Positions 24,867 through 38,557 are shown, counted from the stretch's first letter. The stretch: DNA of 64,000 bases from Lama glama (GCA_028534125.1 CM052816.1:62994001-63058000), one strand, 5' to 3'. The notes: generated from the sequence alone by a model not told the origin. Numbers and translations: made by a program.

Positions 24867-26050
24867 AAGGCAGTTTCTTAAAAAGGTAAACCTTAGCTTA
24901 CCAACCTAGCAATTCCAATCCTAGGTATATACCCAGGAGAAATGAAAACATATGTCCACAAAGACTTATACACATATGTACTTAGCAATATTATTTATAA
25001 TAACCCAAAACCAGAAATAATTCAACTATTCATCAACTGGTGAATGGGTTAACAAAATGTGACTTGTCAATTCTTCAGAATACTATTCACCAATTAAAAT
25101 GATCAGCAGTGCAACATGAATGAATCTCAAAAACATTAAGCTAAGTGAAAGACACATGCAAAGACTACATATAATATGATTCCCTTTATATGAAATATTC
25201 ATAAAAGGAGAATCTTATGCAACAGAAAGGTCTATGGCTGACTGGGGCTGAAGGTGGGAATGGGGCTTAACTATAAACGGACAGGAGGGATCTTTGGGGT
25301 GATGGAAGTGTTGTTAAACTGGGCTGTACTGATGGTCAACCACCTCTAAATTACTAAAACTCAGAATTGTACACCTGTAGTGGGTGAAATTATGGTATGC
25401 AAATTATACTTCAATAAAGTGTTTCTTTTAATCCTGATGGAGATCCTAGCTTAGGAAGAATTGATTTCACTCTCTGATCATTGTGTGCCTGCAACACAGA
25501 CCCACATGGAACCCACAGAGTACCCTCACCAGACATCGAGAACATCCCCAGCCAGGAGGTGGGCACACCACCATCTTCCGGACCATGCTCCTTCTCCTCC
25601 ACCTCTCTGCCCGGTGCCCCCACTTACCTGACTACCTAACAATTCCAGAACTCCCTTTTTAATTTCCTGTATTCCTAGAAATAAATTTAAATTGTCAGGC
25701 CCACCATGCTTTCATCTTGTCAAATTCTTTCTTCCCAAGGCAGGAGAAGACAACTGTGAGTTCTCAAAAATAATGTTGGTTGAATTTTTTAAGATTGAGG
25801 ACACCTACTTCCACTCCAATCTCATCAAGTGCTGCTAGGCAGTGGCCTTATGTTCATATGAAACCCAACCCAAGACCCAAGAAAAGCAAAGCGCAGAAGC
25901 ACAGATGCACATAAGATGGGAAGGCACCTTAGAAATAATGGACTCCACTCACCACCTCACTCTCCATTTAACAGTGAAGGACCAGTGCTCAAAGAGAGAA
26001 GTGATTTACAAATGTGCAACTGTATATACAGCAGCCAGAGGCCAAGCCTA

Positions 26051-26110
26051 ATATTGCCAATTGATTAAAATATTGCCAACTGATTAAAATAATTTTGCCA
26101 AGTTGATAAA
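26051..26110. repeat. Three-copy ~19-bp tandem repeat (ATATTGCCAAyTGATTAAA)
   Basis: Units at 26051-26069, 26070-26088 and 26092-26110. Confidence 0.8.
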
Positions 26111-29100
26111 ATTTAAAAATTAATATAACTGAGTCTATAAGCTTCCAGAAATGTATTAAAATTAGATATGCATAACTTACCAAAAAAAAAAAAATAGAAC
26201 ATCCCCAGCCAGAACTGACTCCTCTCAGACTGTGGCTTCTCTTAGCAGCTAAAAGGAGGGAGATCAAGGTGATATGGCTATAGACTTTGATGGAAAGAGG
26301 CAATTTCTGAGCTGAGTCTTGAAGGAAAAGTAGAAATTATAGAGCCTGAAAGGAAGACAATTTAAAGTAAAAGAAAATACAGAAAAAGAAAAAAAACAAG
26401 ATATATTTGCAGAAGACTAAGTAGTTTTGGTTGAAATGTTGCAGAAAGAAGAAAATCTAAAGATGAGAACAATTAGATTCTTAACAGGTAGACTCTCTGA
26501 TCATTATCACTCGCCTCATCGTTCAGCAAATAGTGAGAATGTGCAGCACACCATGTTACACTGTAAGGGTGAAACGTGCAACATATGTGCTCTATAGACA
26601 AGGCCTGAACATTTAGGAGTGGTAAAATTATAAAAGGATTCTCTCTGAAAATACCCATACTATTATATTTTCCCCTTATTCTCCTTACATAAACAAGGGA
26701 GAAAATGGTGAAAGAAATCTGAGCTGGTTTTCCCCACTCTAAAAGACTCTGTCCCAGAAATCAGGGGAGCAAATAAAGAGGTGCATAGTGACATGACAAT
26801 CCCCTTTTTTTTAAACCCTTAGTTGAAATAGATGCATATAAGGTCAGAGATCCACTTCTAATTGTTAACTTTGCCAACCTGTATCTCTAAAGCTCTTTCG
26901 CAGGAGCACTGCTAATGGCCGATAAAACGCACACTTCCACTCCAAGTAGTGGGACACGGGAAACCTAGTAACCAAGAAACAGGGGATGCTCCATGCTTTA
27001 CAGACAAACAAGAATCCTATTTTTTCACAAAGTCATGATGAAAAAAGACTAGCTATTACTCAGCATTTAAAAGTAGAGTCTCACCGTCCTCTTGTCTCTT
27101 TACACTTCTCAGAGGACACAGTGATAATGAGAACATTTCCGTGGAGCAACAATCAAGTTGCTGAAATGCCTGTGCTCCAATGTCCTTGGCCTTCTATCCT
27201 GATGTCAGCAGTGTCAGGGCACATCCTCTGCTCTAGCCAGTGTTCCAGGACTTCCCATTAGCAGTTTACATACAAAACACATGCTTTTACAAGCCCACAA
27301 ATTATTTTAGGGATTCATCTATATCTGGAAAGTTAGGCAATTACAAAGGAGAGAGGAACCACACACCCATGCTACCCTTTGACTATTAAATAGAAGTACA
27401 GGGATGTTTACAGGAATTAGACCTGCCTGATATGCACAATTCAAATGAGGAAAGGCAAAAAGAGCTACAATGGAAGTAATTAGACCTCTAAGAAAAAGCT
27501 TTCAAGAATTTGAAACAGACTCCGCAATTCTCACTAGCCTTAATTGGTTTCTACACACACATATATATCTTTTATATAGTCTTTTATATAGTCCATCTGT
27601 CTGTAGGAATACACATTCTCTTCTGTCTTGGTTAAACCTTCATTTCATTTCTTGGTTAACTACTACAAAGACATTAGAAAGTTTTGTTCTGCAGTGTTTG
27701 AATGTCACAGAGTGACTAAGTCCAACTTAAAATAGAGAAAGAACATTGTGAAAGGCTGTAAATGTGACATTCAACTTGAGGACCACAGAGGGAGCAATAA
27801 TACCAAGTAAGTAAGTTTGTGTGCTAGGTATGTCCACCAACCGCTGCCATGAGATGACTTCCAAGTTCAGGTTCCTTAAGGAATTTTCCCAGGCCATCTT
27901 TTCTCTCTAGTTCATCCTTACTCATCTAAGTTAGTTCCACTCAGTAAAGTTTGTTCATGTATTTGTAAAGAGACACACCCTCTACCTTAATCATTCTAGA
28001 TAGAAAAGTGACAGGAGACGGATAACTTCTGGACTTTTGATATTCCTACGTGACTATGAATGGATAATGCTATGCCACCCTCACTTTATATATGCGAGAA
28101 TGGAGGGGGAAATGTGGTAAAGAGATTCGGAATCAGGCTCCAAATGGAATTATAGCAGTTATAATTCTATTAGTATAAAAAATCATGAACATTTTCTTCT
28201 AAATAGTAAAACAGTAGCAACATTAATAGTAAAAAGTAGAAGGTTTGGGCTGAAAGCAAAACGTAGTAACTTCTTGTTCCACCGAGAGGTCCCTCCCCAG
28301 AGCTGACGTGGACTAAACTGTGTCTTGCACACAAGGTGACTGCACACTCTGAACAGGCAACGTGCTGGCTGTGGATGGGCAGATAATTGGGGATATTTTT
28401 AATAAAAGCTGCTGCTGGTGCCTTCACTCCTATCTCCCAGGGTGCCATGGGACTCTAGCGAAGAGACCATCTTCATTCTTCATGTTTATGAAAAGAGTTC
28501 AGAGCATTTCATTTACTTTCCACAAGAATTGAACTTCCAGTGCCAAACATTTAATCTGATATAGAGCCATGCAAAGACAATTTATATGTTTGTTTATTTT
28601 CTGTTGTTTCTAAAAACTGCTCCTTGTTAAAACAGCCCTAGGGTACAAGAACTGTCAAACCACATTAGCAAAATACAAGAACAACAACAAGCTGCCATGA
28701 TTAAAATATATATCAACTTATTGAAGCATATTTAGTTCTATCTTAATTCATCTATCATTTGAGATGCTTAGCAGTTTTAAAGTATATATGAATGTTAGCC
28801 AAACAGAGCACTTAACGCAGACAATGATAAAGTGTCTCATTTGAGGAAATCATAGGAGGGTAGCTATGCATGAAGGGGGAAAAAGATGACCAATAGCAAA
28901 AACTATTCTTACGGATCACCACTAAGGTCCTAGTATTTATCAGAGAATACCACCAGAAAGCCCTGAGTTGTCATCTTGCACCTACGCTGGGACAAAGCCC
29001 AAAACTCATACTTGTCTGAGCCTTGTCTGAGTTCCTGTAAGGCTAGGCTCAGGAAGAGTCTCTGACAGGCAGGGTCCATCTCACTAATATTTCTATTCTT

Positions 29101-29602
29101 CTTTCATTTATTTAACAATTATTTCTTGAGCATCTATTATGCTCAAGGTTTTGAGGGATACAAGGATACATTAGACACAGTCTGAACTGGGAGCACCCGG
29201 GCTATGCCTCCTTGTGGTAAGAATATTCTTACCCTACATACTCCTCTCCCTCACAATAACCTTCCAGAGTATTTTTCACTTTAACTGACGTTTGATCATG
29301 TTACTAACACTAAAACCATTGATCCCTGCCTCCCAATGGTCCAATGATTAGCTTGAATTGTGAACCTCCATGTCAGCTCATTATGAATACATTGTATGTA
29401 GGTTACTGTCTGTCTTTGGAAGAAGGGAAAGATGTGAAATATACACAGGATCTCTTTACACTGGAGAATCCCAGTACTATCAGGAGGAAAGCCAGAAAAA
29501 GGTATATAAAAGGTCTTCCTGTGTGCTTTGAGCTAGTTCACACGTCAATACACAGATATACATATATTTGTACATATATACACACATAAAAACATGTATA
29601 TG

Positions 29603-29609
<7 letters not shown>

Positions 29610-29633
<24 letters not shown>
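29610..29633. repeat. (TG)n microsatellite
   Basis: Directly visible. Confidence 0.95.
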
Positions 29634-30224
29634 ACAACAGACACTAAATGATCTTAGGAATGCTCACTTGGAAATAGAGAAGGAGACATATGAGTACGTA
29701 ACAAAGCAGAAGAGAATTTAGAGGGGTTATTATGGGGCCACACTTCCAGAAGTTGAAGAAGCTCAACTTGAATTCTCTCCATTACTCTCTGCATTACCTG
29801 TATCTTCACATAGTGGGTTGCTACTATACAATTACTTTCACCTTTCCAGTTCCACTGACATCTTGTAAAATCTGGGCAACTGCTGATCCTAACTGGCTAG
29901 GGAGTAAGTATCTATGCCATTTCCTGACTTTAATTGAACTAAGTGTGTGAGTAACACACAAAGTCTCCTTCCCTGCCATTTGGCCTCAAGGATGGTTGGA
30001 ACTGGCCTATTTAGACATGAGTATGACATTCAAGACAGTAGAGGATGGGAAAGTAAATCTCATCAACATCCAACTGGAAGAACCTACCCAGGAGTGACCT
30101 GGGGACATTTAGGAAGTCATCCCGTAAAAATTTAACTCAAGAAGACTGTAATCCAGGTCTAATTCTCTACAAGCCAAGTGGAGACTTCTGTAAAAGTCCA
30201 GTGAAAAGTATCAGAGATATTCTG

Positions 30225-30880
30225 TTAAACATAGTAAAGTAGATACCAACTCTTATCTTTGCTTACTTCACAAACTTCACTAAAATTAGAATAAAGGAAC
30301 TAAAAGTATAAATCCAAAGGGAAAAACAACTAGAGAGTGGGTAATAACAGACAAGAGAAGTCACCCAACTTTGCAAGATGGAGAACAGAAGAATAACTGA
30401 CTTAAGTGAAATTGTGCTGCCTACAGTTGTACATAAGGAGAAGCAAGCTGATTCACCCTGTAGAATCCCAGAGGAGCTCAGGATTTGGAGTCAACAGGCA
30501 TACAGAAGTCAAGATGACACAAAACACTGGTATTGGATAGTATTTGAAAGCCTAGCTAGATATGAGAGCCCCTCCCCAACTCCAAAGCAAGAAGCAACCA
30601 TCCCTCCCCAACTCCTGAAGGAAATGATTATAGATCTGGAGAAGTGAACATGGAGCCTCCAGATTTAGTGATAACAGGCATAGATGAGTGTGGGGCTAAG
30701 GCCCCCAACTGACAACAAAAGGAACAGATGAAAGTCTGTAATGAAAGATGAGGCCTCCTCTACTCCTCACTCCCCACCCACTACCAGCCATGTTCCTCCA
30801 CCCAGTTCCAGAGACACTGGTGGCCAGATAGGAGAGCAGAAGGTTCTTTATAGAGAAAATGGGAGTCTCCCAAGAAAATG
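30225..30880 (+). mobile_element. Ancient L1/HAL1-like 5' region
   Basis: 'cttcactaaaattagaataaaggaactaaaagtataaatccaaagg' resembles old L1M 5'UTRs; followed by a purine tract at 30880-30931. Confidence 0.4.
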
Positions 30881-31536
30881 AAAGGAGGGATGGAAGGAGG
30901 GAGGGATAGAGAAAGGAAGGAAGGAGAGAGAAGCATTCCTGATGTCTCTAATGACATTTAGGACCTACTGGTCAAAGCTAACTCTTCAATAATTAGTATA
31001 TGATGTATAATTAATGTCAACCCTACCTATCTTCTCAGTTAAATTTTAAGTTTAACTTTAGAGCCCATTTCTCAATATAGTATCTTCTGTATAATAGTTA
31101 TTTCATTAGAGTATCAGTTCAGAGGTGATTGCTTTAATCAAAAAACTCTCTTTTCATTGAGCACAATTGCTAGGCACAAATAAAAAAGGCTTTCCAGTTG
31201 ATATGGAAGGGAGAAATGGCCTCCATTACTTAGAGGCTCCTCTGCCCTTTTTAATCGTCTTCCATGGGAGCCAGGGAACACAGAGTGTTGCGTGTGGTTG
31301 AGGGTGATGATAACTTTCTTTCTCCCCTGGTACCATCACCTCGTCCAGAATTCCAAATGTAAAGTAACTGTCTCAGCCCAACATGCTGCTGTGTCCATTC
31401 AGTTTACTTCTAATTCCTGTAAAGCCAGACTTCCCATGATTATGGAATTCCTTGCATTTTAAGTAACAAGAACATAGCAGCCTATGAAATTTAATATAAA
31501 TACAAAGGCAAATTTAAGTGTAAGTGTAAATGGGTG

Positions 31537-31622
31537 TGCGCACGGGAGCACGTGCCCATACGCAGATCCTGACGTGCTTTTCCTCTGGGGGCCTAATCAA
31601 CCATCACCCTTCTCAAACGTGC
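31537..31622. promoter_or_regulatory. Candidate enhancer: three ACGTGC (HRE/E-box) motifs plus an MRE-like site
   Basis: ACGTGC at 31550, 31572 and 31617 (the first within CACGTG), TGCGCAC at 31537-31543, and six CpGs in ~80 bp of CpG-poor non-repeat DNA. Confidence 0.45.
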
Positions 31623-32519
31623 TCTCACTGATGTAAAGCCCTGTCCTAGCTACAGGAAATATACTGGATTATTGGAGGCCAACCAAGATTTGAGGCAGTT
31701 TTCCACTTAAATGAGTAGAACAAAACCTTGATATCAAACCCAAAAAGTACTTTTTACAAATAAGCAGAAGAATGTTTAAAAAAAAAAGTTTCCCTGGGCG
31801 TATTTCAAAAAACAGTTCATTTTTTAAATAACAAGGCAATAATATCTCAAAGTTGAATTGTGCTGATTCTTAACATATTTTAAAGCCTTGTGATGCTTGG
31901 ATAAATATGGTGACTAGTTCCTCAGGCATGAATTTGTAAGTCACCAATGATGAGTCTTTGCCTTAGGACCCTGCATAAAAATGGTAAGCTAGAAATAATA
32001 ACATTTCAGTGAACTTATCGTTAGGCTAAGCTGGAGACTCTTGGCATCAGAATCGAAAAAATTTCACATTAAAGCAGCAGATCACTCATGAATGTATTAA
32101 TGTGTCCCCAGCACCTAGCACATGGCATGTTAATCAATACTGGGTGGATGAATGAAAAGCTAATGATTTAATTTTATTTCCCCATCACACAATCAGCTTA
32201 TCTTACTATTCCTATTTGAGGACATACTTAAGGATAAAAGTCCTTTTGTACCGACAAGCACTCTGCAGAGTTCCTTCTCCCTTATGCCAGTGGTATGTCA
32301 CTGCTGGGAAGGGTACACAAGTTAACTGTATAAAGACCCAGCCTAGGTAAACAGGGGAGAAACAGAAATGATCAAGGATAGAATGTAAATAAGGTACTGG
32401 AAACAAGAGAATTTCAATGGGTACGGTTGCATTTGTGCTTTGCCTTTGGAAAGGAATGTATTTTATGCATTATGGATTTCACCTGGAAGTAGTAGGTTGA
32501 CAACCCCAATGATACGAAT

Positions 32520-32975
32520 GTTCTAAGGGTCTATTTTGTGCCAAGAACTGTATTAGGGATTTATATAAATCTCTCATTCAATCCTTAAATAGATTCTGTT
32601 TTAAAGAAGAATAGCATCGCTGCCTGACCTCAGTAAACTCTTCCAGATGAGAGAACTTATGCATTAAAGGACTTTGACTGACATGTCTAGCAAATTGGTA
32701 GCAAAAGCGCAGCCAATATCTCTTAGCTCTCGTCTTTCCCATAACCTTAGATACAGTAGAGGATAGTGGGCAAGGAAATTAGGATTATAATTACCTTGAA
32801 GGTAGCTCAAGTCCTGGCTCTCTCTCTTACTGATAATGTACCATTGGGCATATTACTTAACCTTTCTGAGGCTAAACTTCTTTGTTTGTAATGATACCTT
32901 GCCCTGTTATGTGATGAGGCTGTTGTGTTTCAGGATGTATGATGTACTCAGTCCAGGATCTAAAACATGGCAAAT
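32520..32975. mobile_element. Two MIR fragments in opposite orientations
   Basis: 'tgtgccaagaactgtatt...ctcattcaatcctt' (minus) and 'ttgggcatattacttaacctttctgaggctaaacttctttgtttgtaa' (plus). Confidence 0.6.
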
Positions 32976-35545
32976 AATCGTGGAAGCTGTTCTTTCTGAC
33001 GCTGGGTTTTGCATTTCTGTGCATGTTAAGTAGTCTACTGTGCTCTATGTGCATTTTCAGAGCTCTTTAAAAAGGAGACTGACTGTGTGCCCCATCCATC
33101 CCAGCCACAGCAGAGTAGAACAGAGATCCATGCCTCTCCCATAGGCAGCCGATCTCTTTCTGGCAGTAGCATCTGAACTGATCTAGTACGACAGATTTGT
33201 CCCACAAGGTCAGAAGTGTCTAACTAACCCAGTAACATCTCTTGTGTTGGGGACTTTGAACATACGAACTTTAGAGACAATCAGAAGTTGGTACCAGCTG
33301 GCATATCTCAAATACTTAGGTACCCAGAGAGGGTAGTACACAAAAGCCATTAGCAATAGAAGCCACGAGTAAACCAGTGGCTGTGAGAGCACTTATTTAG
33401 ATGACACACCTTGAAGTGCCTCTGATCATTAAAACTTGAAGCGTGTACATCAGTCTATTTGGTGTAAGAATGATGAGCAAGGGGACCAAGTGAACACAGC
33501 TGATAAACAGCCTAACTGCTATAATGAAGCCCATTTCCCAACCCAGGAGGATTACAGGGAAGGATATGATGTCTATGTGATTATTTAGGAAGAAAAGAGT
33601 TAATAATGAAGGGAATACATGGTCTTCTCCCTCAGAACAAAGCAAGTCATTTTTTAGGATAGTGTGTTAACACAAGAACTGCCATAACAGTCAAGTCCAA
33701 CCATGAAATGGTCAACCGACCAAACCAGCCACTTCCATCAGCACAGCCCCAACTGACAAATAATTTGCAAAGTGTCAGAGAAGCATTTAATTAAGCCAAT
33801 ATTGGAGGTTTCTGTTAGATTTGTCTATAATTATTATTTCCTTAACATAAACAAATTAGCTATAATAGCGTGTCAGATGGTGCTTTCAGTCTCCACAGGA
33901 CTTCCAATTTGTAGGCTTTTCAGTTGCTGATGAATCAAAACTGCCCAGAAAACATGCTCTCAACCCCATGCATCTGCCCCTCTCATGCTCTTCTGGCCCC
34001 TCAGTATCTATTAATTTCGTTTCTTCACACTGGGACAATTTTTTCATTTGACTTTAAAAAGATAATTTCACTTTCTAGGAATAGATGTAACATGGTGTCG
34101 AACAGTGGTAGAACGTCAGAAGAATCATGTGATTCCGAGAAGGTATGCATGTGTTACAAAATCTCTGTGTTTAAGGCAACAGTGTTTCTCAATGGCTTCA
34201 TGTAACTGAAAGACATGTTTTAGAATTTGAAAATATTTCCTCCCTGTCAACCAGTTTAAAATAGTGAGTTGCTCCCGGCATCCAAACATAATTAATGGGG
34301 GTGTCATTCCTGTCTGTAAATATGAAAAAGCCATTCAAGTAAGAGACAGGAATAACTGAATCAGTCCCATCTGTGAAATAGGGTAAACTTGAAGTGTTCT
34401 TTCTGAATATCATGGTTTCATTCATCATCCGGACTGTTGCCACCACTGCCCATCAAAGTGGCTCAAACTGCACATGGCGAAAGGGAGGAGAAAGATACAT
34501 TCAACCTCCCAGCCAGTTCGCGCTCATTCCTGCTGTATCCCATGTAGTACTGATATTTTGTTGTTTTATATTAAATCACCTGGCCCTGAAAAAGGGACTC
34601 CCTGGGCGAAACAATTCTGACAGTGATCTCAACCAATTACTTCACAGTTGCCATCAGTCTCTTATTCTAGCTCAGCAGGACGAGCTGTCCCCTATTTAAA
34701 AATGCGTAGTCTAACCTGAAGAAAAATGTTGCAATCCCAAGGTGATCTCAGAAATGTGGCTTGTGTCTCAGTGTGTTTCTGTACCAAGTGGCTCCCTATA
34801 ACTGCTCGATCTCCTCCTGTACTTCCTAAAACTTACCTTCCTCTTACTGTCCTATGCCCTTCCTATAAAGCACTAGCTTTAAGATTTCTTGAAGTTTCCC
34901 AAATTTTGAAAATCCACTTTTATTTTTTTTAGAAGTCATTTGGGGGACAAACAAAATGTTATGGAGATGAAAATGAAGCTTAAGGCAAACCGATGAGAAG
35001 CACAGTGGTAGTAAGGAATGTCTTCCTTAGGCAGCAATGTCAGAGGGAGGCATCTTTAACGAATGTTCACCCAGCCCGTGGGGAGCGCCATGCTCAACAA
35101 GTAACTCAGATGAAGATTCCAATGTCTTTATTCCCTTCTTAGTTCGTTTCTGAGGTATCTGATGTTCTATTCTAGGTCACAAGGACCTACTGCTTTAGAG
35201 GCAGTAATTTTTTCAGTAATCCTTCAGAAATTGGAAGTCTTCTGTCCAAATCACCAAAATCAACTGGACAGCCCTCCAGAGCCTTTATAATAACTTAACA
35301 CTCCAGGGTTCTTAATTCCTCCAAGATAGAATGAACTTCTTCTCCCCTCTCTCTACCCTCAGCTATGTTCATTCAGTTATGTTCCTGGCATATTTAATAT
35401 TGTAACTCAGCTGAATTTTAGAATGACCAAGGAAACAGGAAACCTCCAGAATCATTAAATGTCAACAACAACAAAAAAATAAAACACTTCCAAGTAGAGG
35501 GGTAATATCTCAACAGTAAGGTTTTCAGAACCTGGTCTTACTTAC

Positions 35546-35627
35546 CGCCAGTCTCCTCTTCTCTGGGTATCTGCGCCACGTGAATGGCAGCCCACAAAGA
35601 ACAAACACAGGCTTCCTGCCTGAACAT
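35546..35627 (-). other. Candidate exon (possibly first exon) ending at a consensus splice donor
   Basis: Minus strand GCG|GTAAGTAAG at 35546/35545. The upstream ATG (agtATG) opens MFRQEACVCSLWAAIHVAQIPREEETG (phase 1). TATAAA at 35635-35640, CACGTG at 35577-35582. Protein not recognised. Confidence 0.35.
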
Positions 35628-37584
35628 ACTACACTTTATATTAAAGTTTTTAAATAAATGAGGATTTTTTTTAATGCAGTGACACTTTCCCCAGTAAATG
35701 TTTTAATTCAATTAAGTCGGGAGGTTTATTGCTTATCTTCTGTAACTTTGTTTTTTCACAACTTCCTTCCAGTCCAGGGGAAGAGCTCAGTGTCAGGCAG
35801 TATCTAAGTATAATATAAAAATTCCTTCTGCCTCCATTTTGTAGCAGCTAGGGAGCAAAGCTAAAAGCCATTACTTGCTGTTTTCCAGTACAGAAAGATG
35901 TTTAAATTTAAATAAAATATTTAATATTGGGTGTTATGGCATCAAAACTCTAAGGGTTTTATAGAGGTGGGACCACATTTATCCATCATTTCAACTGTCA
36001 CATTCTCTACAGATTTCCACGTGCTTCTGACTTAGCTTTGTGACAGGTTACAACCAGCATCCGAATGAGCAGCTGATTGTTTTTCATTTATCCAACTTAT
36101 TCGTCATTCCCTTTACCTTTGGGAAAACATTGACTGTTGACCCAAGGCCACTCCTTACTTCAGTGCAAAGACCAATATAGCTTAAAATAAAGACAGTATT
36201 ACTCAGCTTTTAGCTGCAAATTTAATTTCTTCAGTCCAGTGATCTTCATAGTCTTGACAGCCAGGCCATTTCAGAGATAAAGTCTCCCCTCTATATATCA
36301 AAACTCCTCAGTTATTTGGCACATTGAGTTTTTTAACTATTATTTTTGAAAGGATAGAGAATATGGCCGAAGTTTCCACCCTACAGAAAGAGGAAGTAGA
36401 CAACTTGCACGTTTTGGATTGGAAAGAGAGATGGAGGGGGAACACAAGGGGAATCATGATCCCTAGGTTTCTGGGGAGAGACAGTGTTTAGAAAAATACC
36501 TGGGGAACCGTCAGATTTTCAAGCTGGTGGTATATATCCTCACATTACAGCACAGGAATGAGAGACCTGCAGAGATAGAAATGGGTCTGGATAGATGGTT
36601 CTGGACGACTGAACCCAAGTCCCTCTGATCTCCTGCATCATGCTAAAGGAATCCAGATTACCTCACATGGCCATGAGTGGCTGTGGAAGCGCCTTCATCA
36701 TAACGAAGGACAAAAGGGGCATCGTAGCAGAGAGACAACGAACACTCGAACACTTGATTAGATGGTGCTGCAGCCAAGCTTCGGGGTCAAACCATGCTTT
36801 CAAAGAACACAGTGAGAAAAGCCATCGTGCCTTGTCTGTGACAGAAGAGCATGCTAGAACTTCCACAAGCCCGGGCTTTGCTGCAGTGTCTGCAGTCAAG
36901 GTCAGACAGAGCCTGCAGAGAAGACTACCATGTCCCTCAAACGCCCCTCCCTTGCCACCACGGTGAGGCTTTCCACCAACTCAAGCTGGGAGGCACAAAG
37001 GAGGAAAGACGCAGCAACAAACCTAGAGAACAGCTTACCCAAAGGATGTTAAGTTGAACTGAAATCGACTGCTTAAGGCCAGAACAAAGTTACCTCAAAA
37101 TGGCAAGTTTTCCTTTCTCTTCTACCATCAGCAGAAACAGGGGCTTAAGGACATTTAAGAGGTTCCATTTTTGTACACTGTACCATATAAATTATGCCTA
37201 CTTTTCTAGGATAGCATTTTTCATCTCAGCTTGTATTTACGCATGTTTCTATGAGATGTGATGGCCGTATCTCCCTCAGTGAGACCTATTATGTCAGTCT
37301 GCACAGAAACACCTCCCTCAGGTCATCAGATCCACTCATTCTGACTGACATTAATATCTTTTAAATCTGCCCAGTTTCCTTCATCACCACTGAATCTCAC
37401 CACAAGATGAGAATCTCACCTGCCTCTGGATTTTTTTTTTCATTCCATTCACAGCCAACATAATCCCAGGCCTCTATTTCATACTTCATACACTGAATGT
37501 AAAACAATCCAATTGCACGTCTGTTCCATTACTGCCCTGTGGTTTTCAGTTTTCCTGAGGATAAATCCAAGCACATTTAAATGG

Positions 37585-38557
37585 TGTATCATCCAGGGTC
37601 CTAGTGGGAAAGATGGCACAAATTAGTATCTCAGGTAGGCATCATAAATGACCTATTTAGATAGTTTCGGGTGTGATGGAGGGAAACCATTAGGAATAGT
37701 GGAAGGGGATTGTACTGTGGCTACGTACATTTGGCTAAGCTAGAACCACATTTTCAGAATCTCCTTCACTGTATGGTTCTGGACTTCAGTTGATTAGAAG
37801 GAAATTTTATTTTGAGATTTGCAAGGCAGAATGAGGCAGCAGCTATTACAACCTGATGGTAGGCGCTTTAGAGTGGTAAAGGGCAGATAACAGAGTACAG
37901 GTGGGTCCCGGCTTGCCCTTGCCCCAGGCCCAGCTCTTCCTCCCAACGGCAACCCAGGCTCTCTGTTACATGCAAGGCTTGTCCCCCAGCTCTCCTCCAT
38001 CACCCCAGTCCACTGCTCAAAGTCACTGGCATTACAGATTGGATGATAAGCTCCCATTTGTCCACCTGTACCAGTGCTTCAGTAGGGCCAATTTATGACT
38101 TTCCTCTGATCCCCTAACTCTCCCTTACGGTACATTATTTCCCCAGCTCCTCCCACCATTGTGAAAGGTCTTATTTCTGTAACAGTTGCCTTATTTCATA
38201 ATAAATACCTATACAGTTCAGCTCTCCTGACTCGGCAGAGCATTTAGGAAACTGGGAGTACTGGTATCCCTAGGCTGAAAGGAGAGAAGGCCGTCAGATA
38301 GAGGAAGCCTCCTTCAGATTAGGAGGGACTTGGAGCTCTGGAACAAAACTACTTCAAGACTGTTTCACAGAAAGGTCAGTAAGGAAATAAATCCTGTGAT
38401 TTTACCCTCCCCACTCCTTCTAGTCTACTGTACGGGGTTCTCGTTGGCAGAACACAACCAGAAACTCTGGGCACAGGAACCACTGATGTAATCTACACAC
38501 GTTGGCCTCTGGTGCAGAGAGCAGGGGACACACTGGATCTGGAGAACATCCAGCACA
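37585..38557. mobile_element. Nested old ERVL-class LTRs (outer 37585-38557; inner LTR40-like ~37711-38215)
   Basis: Outer 'tgtatcatccagggtcc...gatggcaca' to 'acatccagcaca'; inner 'ttggctaagctagaaccacattttcagaat'. Confidence 0.55.

Larger units (their letters stand above)
16040..25420 (+). mobile_element. Old long L1 (5'UTR/ORF1 start 16040-17110, ORF2 20961-24310, 3'UTR to 25420), host to nested insertions
   Basis: Collinear decayed L1 5', endonuclease, C-terminal and 3'UTR motifs, ending 'aaattatacttcaataaa'. Confidence 0.75.

Noticed and set aside
26051..26110. Short repeat array considered as CRISPR-like
   Set aside because: Eukaryotic DNA, no unique spacers; an ordinary three-unit tandem repeat.
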